A stretch of DNA of 64,000 nt, taken from NCBI GenBank assembly GCA_964016885.1, contig OZ024755.1:13950001-14014000 (forward strand), read 5' to 3'. The notes below the pieces were generated by a model that was not told where the DNA came from, searched no databases, and saw only the letters and a list, made by a program, of their open reading frames with translations. Position numbers and translations under genes: made by a program. This stretch comes from Eledone cirrhosa (taxonomy: Eukaryota). This document shows positions 12,598 to 27,484 of the stretch, piece by piece; the stretch's first letter is position 1, and each line of letters starts with the position of its first letter.

Positions 12598-15175
12598 ATA
12601 CATAAACAAACGCCTGTATTTTAAACCACCCTGTGTTGGTGCTGTTGCTAAAAAAATAATCATACTCCACCGAAACTCAACGACACACTAGCAGTAGATT
12701 TGAACTTATGATCCCTTTATTAACTAAGGATATACCTTATCAACTCAACCATCTCACCTTCGGTTTTGATTCAACCAAGCTTAAACTCACCCCTCCGTAT
12801 AAAAAGAGACCCTGTGACTGATTTTAATTAACCCAACGGCATAATTGTGAGTTGGATTCTGAAATATAGAAAAGTAGTCAGAGGTGGATTGAGTACATAA
12901 GGCGGTTTCAATTCTCGTTGAAGCTTTGTTAATGTCAATCCGATTGTAATTCTGTTAGCAAACACTTAAACAATATAGCAGAAATTTAACAACCTTCATC
13001 TCAAGTGAATTTGACTAATTATTATACAATGATGCGTGGTAGTGTTTACGGCTTAGTCAAGCAGAGAGTCTGACATTTGATGCACGACTTTATTTATCTC
13101 ACATGTGTGTGTGTGGGTGCCTGTACTTCAGTGTGTGTGGGTGCCTGTACTTCAGTGTGTGTGGGTGGGTATGCTTGTGCTTTTGTATGCGTTAACTTTG
13201 TGTGTGTGTTTGTGTTTTTCTATGTGTGTATTTCAGTGTTTGTGTGTATGTGATTGTGTTTTTGTATATGTTGTCTTTGCGTGTGTGTGCTTGTGTTATT
13301 GTGTGTGTAAATGTGTATGTGTATTAGTGTGTGTGTGTATATGTGTGTGTGTATGTGTGTAGATGTGGGTATGAAATAAATAGCCATATTAAGATAACTT
13401 TGTTTAACATAAAGATAAAATCGTGATTAACATAATACATCAAGCTCGTAATGGTTGATCTTCATGTAATACATCAAGGACAACATGCCAGCTTGATAGC
13501 TCATTCTTCTTCGAATTGTTCTCATAGGAGGACCTTAGATTGATCAACAATGCAAACAGACATAGAATTTGTCCAGCTAAGCTGTAACATCTCTGTTCTT
13601 TAATGTGGTGATCTGAAACTCCTCCTGGGACCTCTTTAGGATGACGTGGACTTACCTAATTTTATTGGCCATAGTTCGACTATCTATGGCTAGCGATGAA
13701 AAGAGGTTTTCATCTGAACTTTGAAATATAATCAAATTTGATGAAGATAATCATGTGAAGAATCTTAATGAAGAGGTCCTTCGTTAAAAGGAAGGCGACT
13801 TGGTAGTGGAATATCGAATTTCTTTATAATTTCCTTGAGGGATAATTTGGTTATATACAATACCGATATAGAGTCCTCTCACGCCACGATGAATTAATAA
13901 TTAGCAATAAATTATCATTTATTTAAATTATTAAAAGCAGTGAATGTGGTGATGAAGGTAGAGAATCAGGTGAGATTCGCTGTGGTATCATGTTTAAACT
14001 GACATGATAGATATACGATAAATACGTATCTGCATAGAAACAGTTTAAGATTTAAAGGAAGTTGTGTATCTGTGTAAATAAACACACACTAAACTTGTCT
14101 TGTTTTACGTATTTCTCCGTGGACGGAAAATATGCGAACCAGCTGACTCGAGTTTCAAATACAGTTAGATCCACTGTCAGATTTCGTGTACGCCCATTTC
14201 AACCTACAGAGAAATACGCTATAAATGGCGTCTTAAATGAACTAAATGCACTGTGGTAGATTCGAAATTCAACTGGAGACAGGTCTTTCGTGCATTTTCG
14301 AGCCATGGAGAAATACATAAAGAAGACATAAATTTACATTTATCAATGTATTTATTGCTAAATGTAAACATATATTTACAAGTTTCTGTTAAATATTTTA
14401 CTGTTTCAGTACGAATATACATTTAGATTTAATAAAGCAACGTGGTATTAGTTGGCAAGTGGTATATTATTATTGGCCCAACACTATTTACAATGCTAAA
14501 GGATTTGAGTCACTTTCAGCGACTGAGTATGATACTGTTTGTTTTGTTCAATTACATTTCTTGCGTGTTTGCGTGTATGTAAATGCCAACAGTATCAGCA
14601 CGAACCAGTCAATGAAAGGTTGTCACGTTCTTTCTTTCACTCGTTCTGCCTCTCTGATGTGTAGAACCTCAGATTAATGTTAAAAGTAGATTTAACTGGG
14701 AAATAATTTCTGTTGTCAGAATTATTCAAGGTCTGTTTATTGCGGTGTTGTCGGTTCAAACATGCTGTATGTGACATACCTCGTATTTCAGGCAGCATGC
14801 TATAATATGTCTTCATTTAACCTAGTTGTCGAGAATCCATACCAAGTTTTCAAGGAATATTCTAAGTCTTTAAGACGACAATGGGTAATATGAAACATCC
14901 CTGTTTATTTATTTATCTATCTATTTATTTGCTTACTTTCCTTAGAAAAGTCTTGTGAATCTTTAACCCTTCTGATATGAAACCACACGAAATCCTCTCT
15001 TTTTCTTATACAAACGTTTTCATTGCATGCTTTTAAAATTTTTGTTCTTTTGAAACACCCAAACAAGGAAGCCATTTAGTGTAAGGGACTATGAAGAAAG
15101 AGAAATTGAGATGAAAGTAATGCTAATATGTGTGAAAGGTGTCGTAATATCTCATCTATCTCTCTTTCTTTCTCA

Positions 15176-15266
<91 letters not shown>

Positions 15267-16585
15267 CTCTCTCTCTAGTACTTTTTAAAAGAGCGAGCTT
15301 TGAACAATGTTTTAAAGAAAAATCCAACAGGTGAATGAGCTCTGTAAGGTGTATGAAAGTATATTTATTTCATTTGATTTTTACAGAAACAAATAAAACA
15401 AATCAATCACTGATATTGTTCGCCCTAAACATTTTTAATTGTTATATCCTGAAGAATGGACTGTGCCCATGTCCTTAAGTACTTCACATGCCCTCGGAAA
15501 CCGGAGAGATTGATGTCGTTAATATCTTGTATAAACTATTATACAGAACTATATAGAATGAAAGTAAAGGCTTCTATAAAACATTTTATCAAAATGAAAC
15601 ATTAAAATCGAAGGAAAGTAGTGATGGTCGTTCTTTACTAGAGACACTTGACACTGTGTATGTATCGTTATATATTAAATAATCACCATTAAACTATCTT
15701 TCATCGTTATTTTTGACGTTTGAAATAACTTAACTAATGTTTTATGGTTTATTATTATCATCTTCCTGATTAATATTATCATTATTACTAATAACATTAA
15801 AAGAAATTATTATTAATAATAATAACATTATTATTACTATTTATATATATATACTACTTTTATGTTAGACACCATTATTAGAAAAATGTTAGAAATCCTT
15901 TTTATTATCATTGCTACTACTACAACAACAACAGCTACTACTACAACTACAACTATTATTGCTACTACTACTACTACTACAACTACTACTATTACGACTA
16001 CTATTAATAATAACACTACCACCAGCACTACTATTTTTATATTATAAATCGTTATTTAATAATAATATTAATATTGCTTTAAAATCTTATACACATGAAC
16101 CTCTTTAATAGCAAATATAAATTGAACTGAGGAGACCTGTTTTCTTTCTTTTCATTAGATGTATACAGATATATAACTGGCAAGTTAAACAGGCTTCGTT
16201 GATTTTTTTTCAGAGGAATATCACTCTTTCTTCTCCTCATCTTCCTCCTCTCCCCTCTTCTTCTCTAGTTATGTTCTCTTTCTAACATAAACTTATCACT
16301 GGCTCAACATATAAAGCATTGATTTCTTTAGATTATTCTTGTTTTCATCTCATAGTCATCTTTGTGACGTGTACTATGTATGTGTATGTATGTAGATATC
16401 TGTATGTATGTAACATGTCTCTGTATGTGGAAGTGTATGTTTATGTGGGTAACTCTGATTGAGTGTTGCCGGCCTGTCGGTATCTGTGATGTGATCATGT
16501 ACATGTGAGAGATAGTGTATATAAATACACAGTTATACATATCGTTTTCAAATCTCATCAATGTATATATATATAGAAGTATGTG

Positions 16586-16640
16586 ATCTTGTCTGATGAT
16601 GACCCTGTGATAAACAGGCGAAACTCCAGAGAAACAAGAT
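16586..16640 (+). ncRNA. Degenerate type I hammerhead ribozyme (U16.1 mutated to A)
   Basis: ATCTTGT-CTGATGA-tgac-CCTGT(GATAA)ACAGG-c-GAAA-CTC(CA)GAG-AA-ACAAGAT. 7-bp stem I; followed by AATAAA and a tail ending at (TG)n(TA)n. Confidence 0.65.
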
Positions 16641-16744
16641 TCACTATTTAGCCTTAATAAAAGGAATATTTCAAATTTCTTGTGAAAAATGGAATTTACT
16701 GAAGCCCAGCAAAGAGGCACATTATGTGTGTGTGTGTGTGTATG

Positions 16745-16858
<114 letters not shown>

Positions 16859-19384
16859 CTCTTCGTTGTTGTTTATGAAAGCTCTATTCGTTATATTAAG
16901 GTTCCTTTGTAGATTTTCGATCTCAAAAGGAATAGTAACTACCTTTTACTGCAGATTTAATGTGTACTGAGTAAGTCATAAATGTATTGGATTAGGGTGT
17001 TTCATCTTTTAAGTCTAGCCTCGTTTCATAATTTTGATTTGGAAGTGTATTTTCATTGCTAGAATATCTTAAGTTTATTTGCATATTGCTTTCGACAACT
17101 TTTTTCTTCATCGTTCACTAAAGATCTCATCGATGAAAGATTCTATCTAGAATGTGTGCAGTAAGAGATCTAAACAGTAGCAGCATCAAACTGCAACTAA
17201 TTAACTCTTTTCTTTCATCGCTAAGGAAGCAGGTCATTTTTTCGTGAAACTGTGAAACTGTCTTAGAAAAAAAAAGGGGGGGGGGGGGTCTCAGATTCTC
17301 GTGTAGTGAATATTTTCTTTTTTCTTTCTCTTTTCCTTCCTCTTTCAAAGATTCGTGTTTTTGTTTTCTTGCTTTCATTTCTTTGATTCACAAAAGTTTT
17401 TTTCTTTCCTATAAATTCTGTGAAGGTTTACTTCATATTCATCAAACTGTCACACCTGCGGTTATGTCAGTTCTGTTAACTGTAGCTGTTGAATTTCTTA
17501 AAAGTTTATCGACCGAGCACTGTCACAGTAACCATTGCTTCAACTTTCGTTATTCTGTGTGAATATGGACTTGTATAGAGTTGTATAGAACTCCACTACA
17601 TTGTTCAATATTTATATAAGCCTTTCAGTTTATAGGAAGTAATTTTACAAAACTCTTCAACATCAAAATCTATTACGTATTTTGAATTCCTGTCACCGTA
17701 TTATATATATATTTTTGGTTTTGAAACTGTAAACAACAACACGTTTATATATATTCTTGTCTATTTTTTGTTTCTGTTTCACTTAGTGTGTGCTTGTATG
17801 TGTATAACTGAATGTATACTAGTCTTTATAAATGAGTGTGTTTTCGCAATTCTGTGTTTTCCACAGATTGGATAAAAAATGTCCGGAACAACAATATCAG
17901 TTAAACGCCGCTTGTGTTGAGAAAGAAAGAAGTAAACCGCTGTCAAAATAGTTGATAACTACCTTATTTACACAGTAACAACAAAACCAATTGAACTCGT
18001 CTCATTTTACTTAAACTGCTGTAATCTTTTGGATTAGACACGAAACTCTCAAGGCGTTTTCTCGTATTTTAACAAAAATTAGTCCTGCTACGTTACTAGG
18101 AACTGTAGTTTAATTCAACTTGTGACAAAACGTATCAAGGAGAAAGCTAGTCTACTTACATTTGATAGAAAAACGCAGAGTATAAGGATTGTTCAAGATA
18201 TAAAATTTATTTTATTTAGTTTTCTCGAACATCTTTCATTATCACATTTGCAAATGCGCATGAGCTTCCTTTATTTTATTACTGTTGCTTCCCGCAACTT
18301 GCTTACAAACAATGGCCTTGATCACATACTTTACACCATAATATAAGAAACAATATCGGTTTAATGATAGTTCTACTGTTGTTTAACACTTTTCAAGCCA
18401 TACTTCTAACAAGAATATACTGCCTTTGTACTCTAATTATCAAAATAATCAAGAATTATGAGAGATTTAGTGAAATCAATAACTTTCAACGTGATAATAA
18501 AAGACAAATATATAACTACTGAAATTTAATATTATTTGTCATCTAATATTGAGATTTCAGTACAAGATTTTAATTTAAGGTTGAATATTTGAACAGAGGT
18601 GGTTTGGAGCGTGTTGGTTGACGGTTTAGTGTGATCGAGGAGTATATTGTCATTAAATTAGTGCTCATATACTGGTTTGTTGGGGCATCGTTTGTTTTCT
18701 AATTATGCAATTACTCTTTTAGTTACTCATGTAGATGTGGATGAGGGATGGTTGAGTGGTTAAGATGAAACCGGTTTCAATACTAATCTGTGGCATCTTC
18801 AGTAAATATCTTTACCGTAATCTCTGATTGACCCAAGACATGTGAAAGAAAATAGGTAAACAGAAACTGTACATAAGCCCATCAAATTGATTGAGGCCAT
18901 AATTCAAAGGTCCTGTCCTGTCACATATTGTGGAGCGTTGACTAGCTTTAGGAATTACATTAAAGCTAAACATGCCTGTGAAGCAATCAACCATTTACTC
19001 GTTAATTCAGGAGTTGAATGTTCACACATAAGGCTTCAATCAGCCAGTGGTAATGGTAAAAGAACTTAAGCCAAAATCTTGTTCAAGTTAAAAGGTTCGG
19101 TTTCTATTCATCTGTAATGTTTATTTTCATTTCAGTTATTCCTTTGTTGTTATGTTGCTTCATACATCTTTCCAGCTGCTCGATCTTTTCAAAGTGTTGT
19201 ACGACTTGAATGTAGTAAAACAATACCGACCTATTGTACAAAATTGTGTTTTCCAGAGTGTGCCTGACGATGAAAATATATGCTTTTGTATCCTTTTATG
19301 CGTGTGCAAGTTTGCATACATACATATATATATACTACAAATACTAAATTCATCCATTTCTTTGTGATGATATGATAAAATCTT

Positions 19385-19610
19385 TCTATCTCACATGATC
19401 CAACATAAACTGCCTCAGTTCTTCACCCGATAATTCTATATCTTCCTCAATGACTCTCTTTAATGTCTTCAGAGGTTTTCCACGCTTGCGTTTCACATTA
19501 GTGGACTCACATAGTTTAAAGTTTTGTAGCAGGATCATTGCTTAACATGACATGACCTGAAGTTGAAGGCGCCTGACACTGATTGCATGGCTAATGGGCG
19601 GGAGGTTATA
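19385..19610 (-). pseudogene. Decayed LINE (RTE-like) ORF C-terminal fragment
   Basis: Frameshifted translation YNLPPISHAISVRRLQL/GH...NVKRKRGKPLKTLKRVIEEDIELSGEELRQFMLDHVR* matches the RRL..GH / RGRP / DR..W pattern of RTE-clade C-termini. Confidence 0.7.
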
Positions 19611-19825
19611 TATGTATATATATATTACTCTTTTACTCTTTTAGGAATCTATCGTCGTCGTCGTTTCTTGCACGAAAGCAACATGCGTCGATATAGCTGG
19701 AATGATCAAATCAACACTTAGTGATAAACAAAATGAATTCGTTGTTTCAGTGTTCCGTACAGAATACATGGAAAACGTGTATGAACCGGACCGTCAATAA
19801 CAACAAATGCCCAGAGAAAATACAG

Positions 19826-20030
19826 TACGATAGTCAGCTGAAAGGTTCATAATAGGCTAACCAAGATACTCTAATGGAATGACCAAATGAGGCTTATTTT
19901 TCAACATAGTCATTGGAAAGACATAATCCAGTTATTAATAAGAATAGTTGAAATTAATGTATGCAAGATTTCACAGACCTAGCATCATTTCTTCATCATC
20001 ATCCTATGACTTTTTCAGCCCACCCTCGTA
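19826..20030. mobile_element. Tc1/mariner-type MITE, about 200 bp
   Basis: Imperfect TIRs TAcga....gctgaaaggttcata / tatgactttttcagcccaccctcgTA with TA flanks; three copies in the window. Confidence 0.75.
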
Positions 20031-21055
20031 TATTATATTAAACTGGTAAAAAAGAAAAAAAGCTATTTGGCTGCTATTTCTAACAATCACCACATAGAGT
20101 CTCTCTCCTTGGCTCCTATAGTGCTCAAGTTCACCCCCCCCCCCCCCCACACACACACGCGCACGCACGCGCCTATCCCTATTTCACCGCCGCCGCCGCC
20201 CAGCCTACATTATATAATTCGTTGTAGACAGGCTATTTAAAACTAATTAAGTTATATAATATTTATAGTAATTATATAAAACAGTGTAACGTTAAACTCT
20301 GTAGAATATGTTGTGAAATATAGCTTGATTGCTAATTTAATTAAAATCTTATAAATCTTATAGCCGATTACCTTTACTATACGGTTTGTTTCAACAATCT
20401 TTTTGAAATCGTATATGAATCACAATGATAGATGTTTTTTGCTTTTGTTGTTTAGATTGTTTCGTTATTTTTCTTTTCTATAACTCATGTTCTACATCTT
20501 TAATAAATGTTTTGTTTAACTATAATTCAATTAGTATCTTCAGGGACAGATATAAGATTTCTTATATAAATACAGATTTCTGGTGGAATTTATAGATTTA
20601 TATGAATTAATCTGCAGGCGGTACCTCCACATAGCCACAGTACAATGACTGAAACTAGTAAATGAATAAAAGAATATGTGTGTATTTTTACACACACACA
20701 CGCACACATATATATATATATATATATGTGTGTGTATGTATGTATTTGCATACATAGATACGTTTCGTCCAGTATATTTATAGATTTTCTAGTATTTCAT
20801 TAGAAATACTAACATGTGCTGTGTGTGTTTGTAGTGTGTATGGTGTGTATGTGCGTGTGTGTGTGCGTCAGTGTATTTTATATACACTTTTATGCAGCTT
20901 CTCTAAAATTCTGTACTGTTTTGGTACAGATATATATTTATACTATATATTTCGGATGGTTGGCGCATAGTTTAACGTATTGAATAATATCGTTTCGAGG
21001 ATAGGTTGTGGCAATAAAAGTTAAACCTAGCCATCATCATGAAATATCTAAACTA

Positions 21056-21195
21056 ATTGGAAACCTCACCGATGATAGAGCTTTGCTGTACTCGTTCCGG
21101 CTCTCTACTCTCTGAGTTCAAATCCCGCCGAGGTCGACTTTGCTTTACATCCTTTCGAGGTCAATAAAAAAAAGTACCAGTCTAGAACTGGGTAG
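21056..21195 (+). mobile_element. tRNA-derived SINE (major family)
   Basis: ctgagttcaaatcccgccgaggtcgactttgc...aaagtaccagt. Confidence 0.75.
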
Positions 21196-21201
21196 ATTCT
21201 T

Positions 21202-21312
<111 letters not shown>

Positions 21313-21314
21313 GT

Positions 21315-21922
21315 CAGGTCACCACTTGGTGCTACTGGTAACATGTATCCCAGTACAACTTGTCTCATGGTCGGGTCGTTGGCGACTAAACTGGCAACCC
21401 CACCAACGTTTCTTGGTGAGGAGGGTGACTTTGGACATCCTGCAGGACTAAAAACAAAACCTGTCAAAGGGCAAAGGAGCTCTTAAGAGTCAATGGCCAT
21501 CCAAAATCACTGGGGGAGATGACCCCTTAGCCTTTGTCAAGGCAGAATTCTAGGAGAAGGAAAACTCTGATATAACACCTGCAACCCTGATGGTATCCAA
21601 TGATGTTGACTTGTTCTTCTTTTTGCTAAATATCATCTTGGTTAAGAGAGTGGGACTGGCTTTGTGCAGTGCCTTTGCTCACTATAAAAGCTTCACGGCA
21701 CAGGCATTGCTTTATATCTGGAGATCTCTCTGCACTTGCCGTCACATGGTACCATGGGCCCAGCACTATGTGTCAATAATTGTCAGAAGTGTAGTGTTTG
21801 TACCAGAGTTTTCAAGTCGCTGGCTGGACTAAAAAGTCACACTCGTTCAGCGCATCGGTAGGGGTTCTCCTACATGGATATAAAGTAGTGGCCGTACTCG
21901 AAAACGAGTTGGCAGCCACCAT
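21315..21922 (+). mobile_element. Non-autonomous bipartite RTE-derived retroelement, copy 2
   Basis: Same ends as 2021-2626. The finger is complete here (CSVCTRVFKSLAGLKSHTRSAHR*); flanked by (TA)n. Confidence 0.75.
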
Positions 21923-22962
21923 ATATATATATATATCCTTCACTGGAAGAACTCTGCTGTATTCATACCGAGAGAGGGATGGACTTCGCCACACTTAAAA
22001 TGCCCAAGAAATGCCTTATACGGTAACTCTACGACTTCAACAGAAGCTACGGGATGAAGAAAACAAAAATGACACTTGCCCAATATACCACGCAGTGAGG
22101 TCGAACACAAGATCTTATGAATGCAAAACGATCCTCTTAAACATTCGGCCATATTACGTCCACGACATATCGGTACAATTTATAAAATGCAACATACCAA
22201 AAATAATTATTCATTAAAAAAATTAATTAACTTTGTTTCTAATAATGATTAATATCTTAAACCAATAATTTAAAATGTTGTAAAACTATTTTTACAGATA
22301 AGAACCATTGGTGGGGTTGAGAGAAATATTATGTTAAAAGTTTAATTATATTAAATTTGTTTGTTTCCAATAAGTTTAGAATAAAATCATTTTAGAAATA
22401 ATTATTATAAAATTTCTGAAAATTTAGTTTCAAAACTATACAATAATATGGAAAAGTGTGAATAAGTATACAAACTGAGAATTGTTAGCTAACAAAGTAC
22501 CAGCTGCTCTCTATTAGGTTTCTTGTCGATTTTACAACGATCTGGCACCCTGGTCCCCGAATTCTCTTCATACTCAGTACAATGAGGGTATAGACACATA
22601 TCTGTAAGAATGAGCTGCGTGAGGTGAACTGTCTCTTTCAGTGAATCTCCCGGAGTTACACATTCATTATTTTTCTCTGTTGGACAACGAAATATTTACA
22701 TTACTCGCTGTGACTACCATATTCCAAAGATTAAGAGACTGAAAAGACAAAAAAGACAAACAAATATGCTCTATAATACTTATTACTCCCAAAGATATAG
22801 CCTAACCTTGCTGGAGAGAGCTTACTCTTAAATGCCTTAGGGTTTCTATTCTGTTTGTTCTTCATTTTATGTCTACCTTAAACCTTTTCAGACCAATCTG
22901 CCAGAAATAACCCTGGTTCTATGTTACAAAACTGTTTGAATTTAAAGTGCTTATATTTAATA

Positions 22963-23162
22963 TACAATGGTAGGCGGAAATGTTCATAGGCTGAAAGAGT
23001 GATGTTAGAGCTGTGAAATCTTGCATGCATTAAATTCAACTCTTGCTAACTGCATTGTTTCTCTCTAGGGACTTTGTTGAAAAATTAACCTCATTTGGTC
23101 ATTCAATGGGAGTATCTTGTCAGCCTAGATACTCTCATGGAACCTTTCAGCTCACCCTTGTA
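22963..23162. mobile_element. Tc1/mariner-type MITE, opposite orientation to 19826-20030
   Basis: Internal sequence is the reverse complement of 19826-20030; ends gaacctttcagctcacccttgTA. Confidence 0.7.
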
Positions 23163-23928
23163 TATGTATGTTTATTATAGCTTATTAAATCATCAAACGA
23201 CGACGTTGGGTTGGCAAAATCGGTAGAGCGACGAAGTAAATACCTTGCAGTATTTTGTTATGTTTGTTTACGTTCTACGTTCAAACCCCCATCGAGGTAG
23301 AGTTTACTTTGCATCTCTCTGAAATACATAATATAAAGTAACACAGGCATAGTTGTATAGTTCCATTATACGACAAGCTGTGCATGTGATTTCTACGATA
23401 GCTACGAATCGACAAAAGACTTGTGAATGGAATTTATTAGACGGAAATTATTCGGAATTGCCAGACAATCTTCACTTATCCGTGGAACTATCTAACTAAA
23501 TCTGTCCGAGATGCACAGAGGATGACTATACCGTCCAGAGCACGCTTGTCCAGTCACCCTGTGTTGGTGATTTGTGGATTTATGTCGTACGGGAAGAATT
23601 CAGCCGAGTTTATTATGAGAATAGAATCAACGTCTTCATTTGGCAAGTTGGCAGTGTTGGTGGTTGTGGCTGTCGTGCTGAGAAGGAGACTGGTGAAGAT
23701 GAGAATGAAAATGATGACAGAGGTGACGATGATGTTAAAGAATAAAAAGAGAAAGGGAGAAAGAGAGAAAGAATATACATAAAAATATTTAATATTACAA
23801 ATGCGAAGAATAAAGAATATTAGAGTGGAAAAAACAATAGCGAGGTGTAGAATAGAAGATTGTATTAGTATAATGAAATACAAGGAACATGTATGTATTC
23901 GCATGTGTCTGTGTATTTCTTTGTATTG

Positions 23929-24013
<85 letters not shown>

Positions 24014-24609
24014 GCATTGTATCTCTGAACAGTGGAAATGTCCGAACACCCAATTTGTCAAGTTTATCGATAAGAAAACAAATAGCCAACGAGATTTTGA
24101 ACTGGAAAGCTTCTCACAATTGAGCATTAACACCTAATTCGCCAACAAGGCTCCAAGTCTACTGTTATTGGCTAATTTAATTTACTACACTATTGTGTGA
24201 TTCTCTTACGCTATTCTATATTTCTTCCTATATATCTATCATCAAATCTATCTATAAATCTAACACTTAATTTAATTTACTATTTTGAGATTCAGACATG
24301 TTTCTCTATCTATCAATACATCCATTCGATCTCTATTCTATCCCTTCTAGTCAACTATCTATCTATGTATACATGTATATATCCATTTACATATTATTTT
24401 TTCATCATTAAAGAAATTTAACTATCTGCATCTGACTATATGCTTATCTATATATATCTACTTATCTATCTTTCTTTATAACTAACTATTTGTCTAACCA
24501 TCTATCTATCTACCTAATTATCTATCTATCTCTTTCTATCTACCTATCTATCTATCTATCTATTTATCTATTCATCTAACTGTCTATCTACCAAAATATC
24601 TATCAATCA

Positions 24610-24697
<88 letters not shown>

Positions 24698-24895
24698 CTG
24701 TGTGTACATGTGTGTGTGTATATATATATATATATATACATGTATAAATATATATAACTCCATATGTCTATAGAGATAATCATTACAACCTAAACTAACA
24801 CTAAATCTGTAATGTTATTTCCACACATTACAGTAAACCATATAGAGCTGCATATCATAATACCCACAAAGAATATATATATATATATATGTATG

Positions 24896-24967
<72 letters not shown>

Positions 24968-24968
<1 letters not shown>

Positions 24969-25347
24969 AAAATTTGAACAGGAACAAAACAGAGAGGCAG
25001 TACAACAAATGTTTATTAATTTCCCGCTCTGGAGAGTGGGGTGGTGGTGAGGAACGACGTTTCGGGCATAAGCCCTTCCTCAGGTGAGAAGTGTGTGGGA
25101 ACAGAGTTCAAAGGGTGTGTAGGGGACTGGTGGAGAGACATATAGCGAAAGGAAACGGTGCGAATGAAATTAAAAATAAAAATAAAAATAAAGCATGATC
25201 AAAATACAAGGAATGAAATAAAATTATATATAAAAGCATGATCAAAATAAACTGAAATTAAAAAGGGGTAAAACAGGTGGTGGCAGGGTGTGGGGTGGGT
25301 AGGGGTGGTGGCGGGTGGAGTGGGGAGAGGGAGACGAGGTGTCCGAG
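24968..25347 (-). mobile_element. Family E Penelope-like 3' end with minimal HHR at 25054-25085
   Basis: Reverse-complement homolog of 28302-28703. Minus strand reads CTGAGGA-A-GGGC(TTAT)GCCC-GAAACGTC and ends at (TA)n. Stem I is only 2 bp. Confidence 0.7.
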
Positions 25348-25361
25348 AGAGAGAGAGAGAG

Positions 25362-25549
25362 TAGCAATAGGTAGGTAAAAAGTATGCAAGGTATAGAACA
25401 ACTCAAGTCTGCAGTGTTAGTTTGAATAGAATTATTAAGGCCAGTTACTACAACGGTGCCATACAAGGTACGTTCGATTCGTTAGCTCTGAAGACCAAAA
25501 ACGTACCTAGCTAATGTGGCGCCGTTGTAGTAACTGGCCTTGAGAATTA
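25362..25549. mobile_element. Short inverted-repeat element with decayed HHR
   Basis: Arms aaggccagttactacaacggtgcca / tggcgccgttgtagtaactggcctt; ttagct-CTGAAGA..AAACGTACCT-agctaa with stem II lost. Confidence 0.55.
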
Positions 25550-25593
25550 TCCCTAATGAAACAGTTCTAGTCCTGTAGAAGCCTTTTCTATAT

Positions 25594-25630
<37 letters not shown>

Positions 25631-27321
25631 AGAGAGGGAGAGAGAGAGAGAGAATTTCCATTAAAAAGTTTGCGTTAACCCGAATCTATAGTAAAGACAT
25701 TTGCCAAAGATGCCCCGCGGTAAGATCGGTACTTTATGATTGTCAGTTGAACTTTTTAATCACTTAGTTACGTCAACAAGATAGTAGTTTGTGGACATTT
25801 GTGTCATCTGACTCTAAAAAAAGTTGTTCTGTCGGTACAACCGCTGTGTGTAATAGATTCAAACAGAGACCTGTGAATATCTGATGCCACCTCCTCAAAT
25901 GATATTCATCCACCTTGAATTTTGAGAGAAATTTTCCTACTACACCATAGATTTTTTCGGAGGTTCTGCGGTATCGAAATTCCAGATTGAAGTAGATTTT
26001 TACATAGGAATGTAGGATTAATAAAGTGACCAAATTACCGAATGAACGAATGAAAGATTGGTGGAAGAAAACTACAGTGCGTTTATAAAGACCTGTAAAT
26101 TTAAACATTAATAACTTTCCATTCACACATGGTACATGTACACTGTAAACTGCTTATATAAGGTTTAATTGTATCATTTTTAAGCATCAATGTTCTTAAC
26201 TGTCTAAGCTAAATAATTATAATTAATTATCAGCTCAGTAGAGTTTTCAACGAACTGGAAATTGACTAGATATTAGAAATGAAAGCTGCGTTAAATTTAA
26301 TGGGTATGAATAAGGTTTTCATATGTAGCTTACAGAATATTTCTATTATGTGTGTAACAAAAGTTATCATAGTTTAAAGTTGTGCGATGAAAATATAAGG
26401 ATCTTGTAGATATGTCTGCTGTATTTGAACTATTTAACAACGAACAATGTCAAAGCTGGATTGATTTCACGGTTATATGTAATTGTAGCCATTGTTTCTT
26501 TTAAGTTTTATAATACCGCCACAAGTTCATTTACCTCACCATCACCACCACCATCACCAACACCTCCATCATTGAACCTGAATCGTTATGATGACGTAAA
26601 GAAATATTTATTGAAGTCTGTACAAATAACAAGATCTTATCTACAGAATGAAACACTGAAAACAAATATTATACATACCTATGTGCGATATCGAACCTAA
26701 ATTTGACGAGAATTTTTGTCGACTTATCTGATCTTTGTTTTGTAAACAGAAACTATATAGATAACAGTCTAGACATTTCACTAACAAATAATCGAATTAC
26801 CTTTTATTGGAAATATCACTTCATATATGTTGTATTTTGTATTGTTTCATGTGATTACATAATCCTCTGATGGTTGTCACCCTTCAGGATAGATGTATAA
26901 TCGTATGAAAGTTGCATTGCCGCGTAGAAATGATAAATATAAAAGCACTCCATGGGGTCAATTTTGCTTTTGATTCTTTTGGTGTCGATAAATGACATAT
27001 CAGTTCAGATCTTTTGTTAGGTACAACCAACACAAGCCGTGTCTATTCCATGTAGACACACCTGCCTACTTACCTGTTAAACGTAACAGTCGAATAACCC
27101 TCAAATCTTACATTCATGTCTTAATTTCTTCGATTCTCTGTGTTCAAAACCTGCCATGATCTTTTTTCGTTAATTTCTTGAATTTCTCATTCTATTTTCT
27201 GCTGAAAGACTAGCGTCCGAAAAGTTAAGACTCTTTTCCTATTATATCAAGTGTACAACTAATATATTTCTACATTGTATTGTGTCGTTTGCTTTGTTAT
27301 TTTTGCATATATATATATATA

Positions 27322-27460
27322 TTATTAAAGTAACAGATTAAAGTTTAAGCAAAGAATCGCTGCTTTCACCCTTAACGGGATCTTCTGAAACTTTTGATAT
27401 ATATATTTATCCTTATCGAGCCCTCTTTGGATTTTAGTCTTCAAATCTATTATTATTACT
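27322..27460. mobile_element. Family B HHR-like element (inverted segment plus tail)
   Basis: 27322-27391 is the reverse complement of the family core; 27395-27459 is the tail also seen at 35423-35488; (TA)n on both sides. Confidence 0.75.
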
Positions 27461-27484
27461 ATATATATATATATATATATATAT

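Noticed and set aside
17855-17910. Candidate next CNG exon after a ttccacag acceptor
   Set aside because: Phase-1 reading stops after about 12 codons and shows no CNG similarity.
18768-18803. Minus-strand CTGAAGA..GAAACCGGTT hammerhead-like motif
   Set aside because: Stem II is poor and stem I absent; possibly an old remnant but not supportable.
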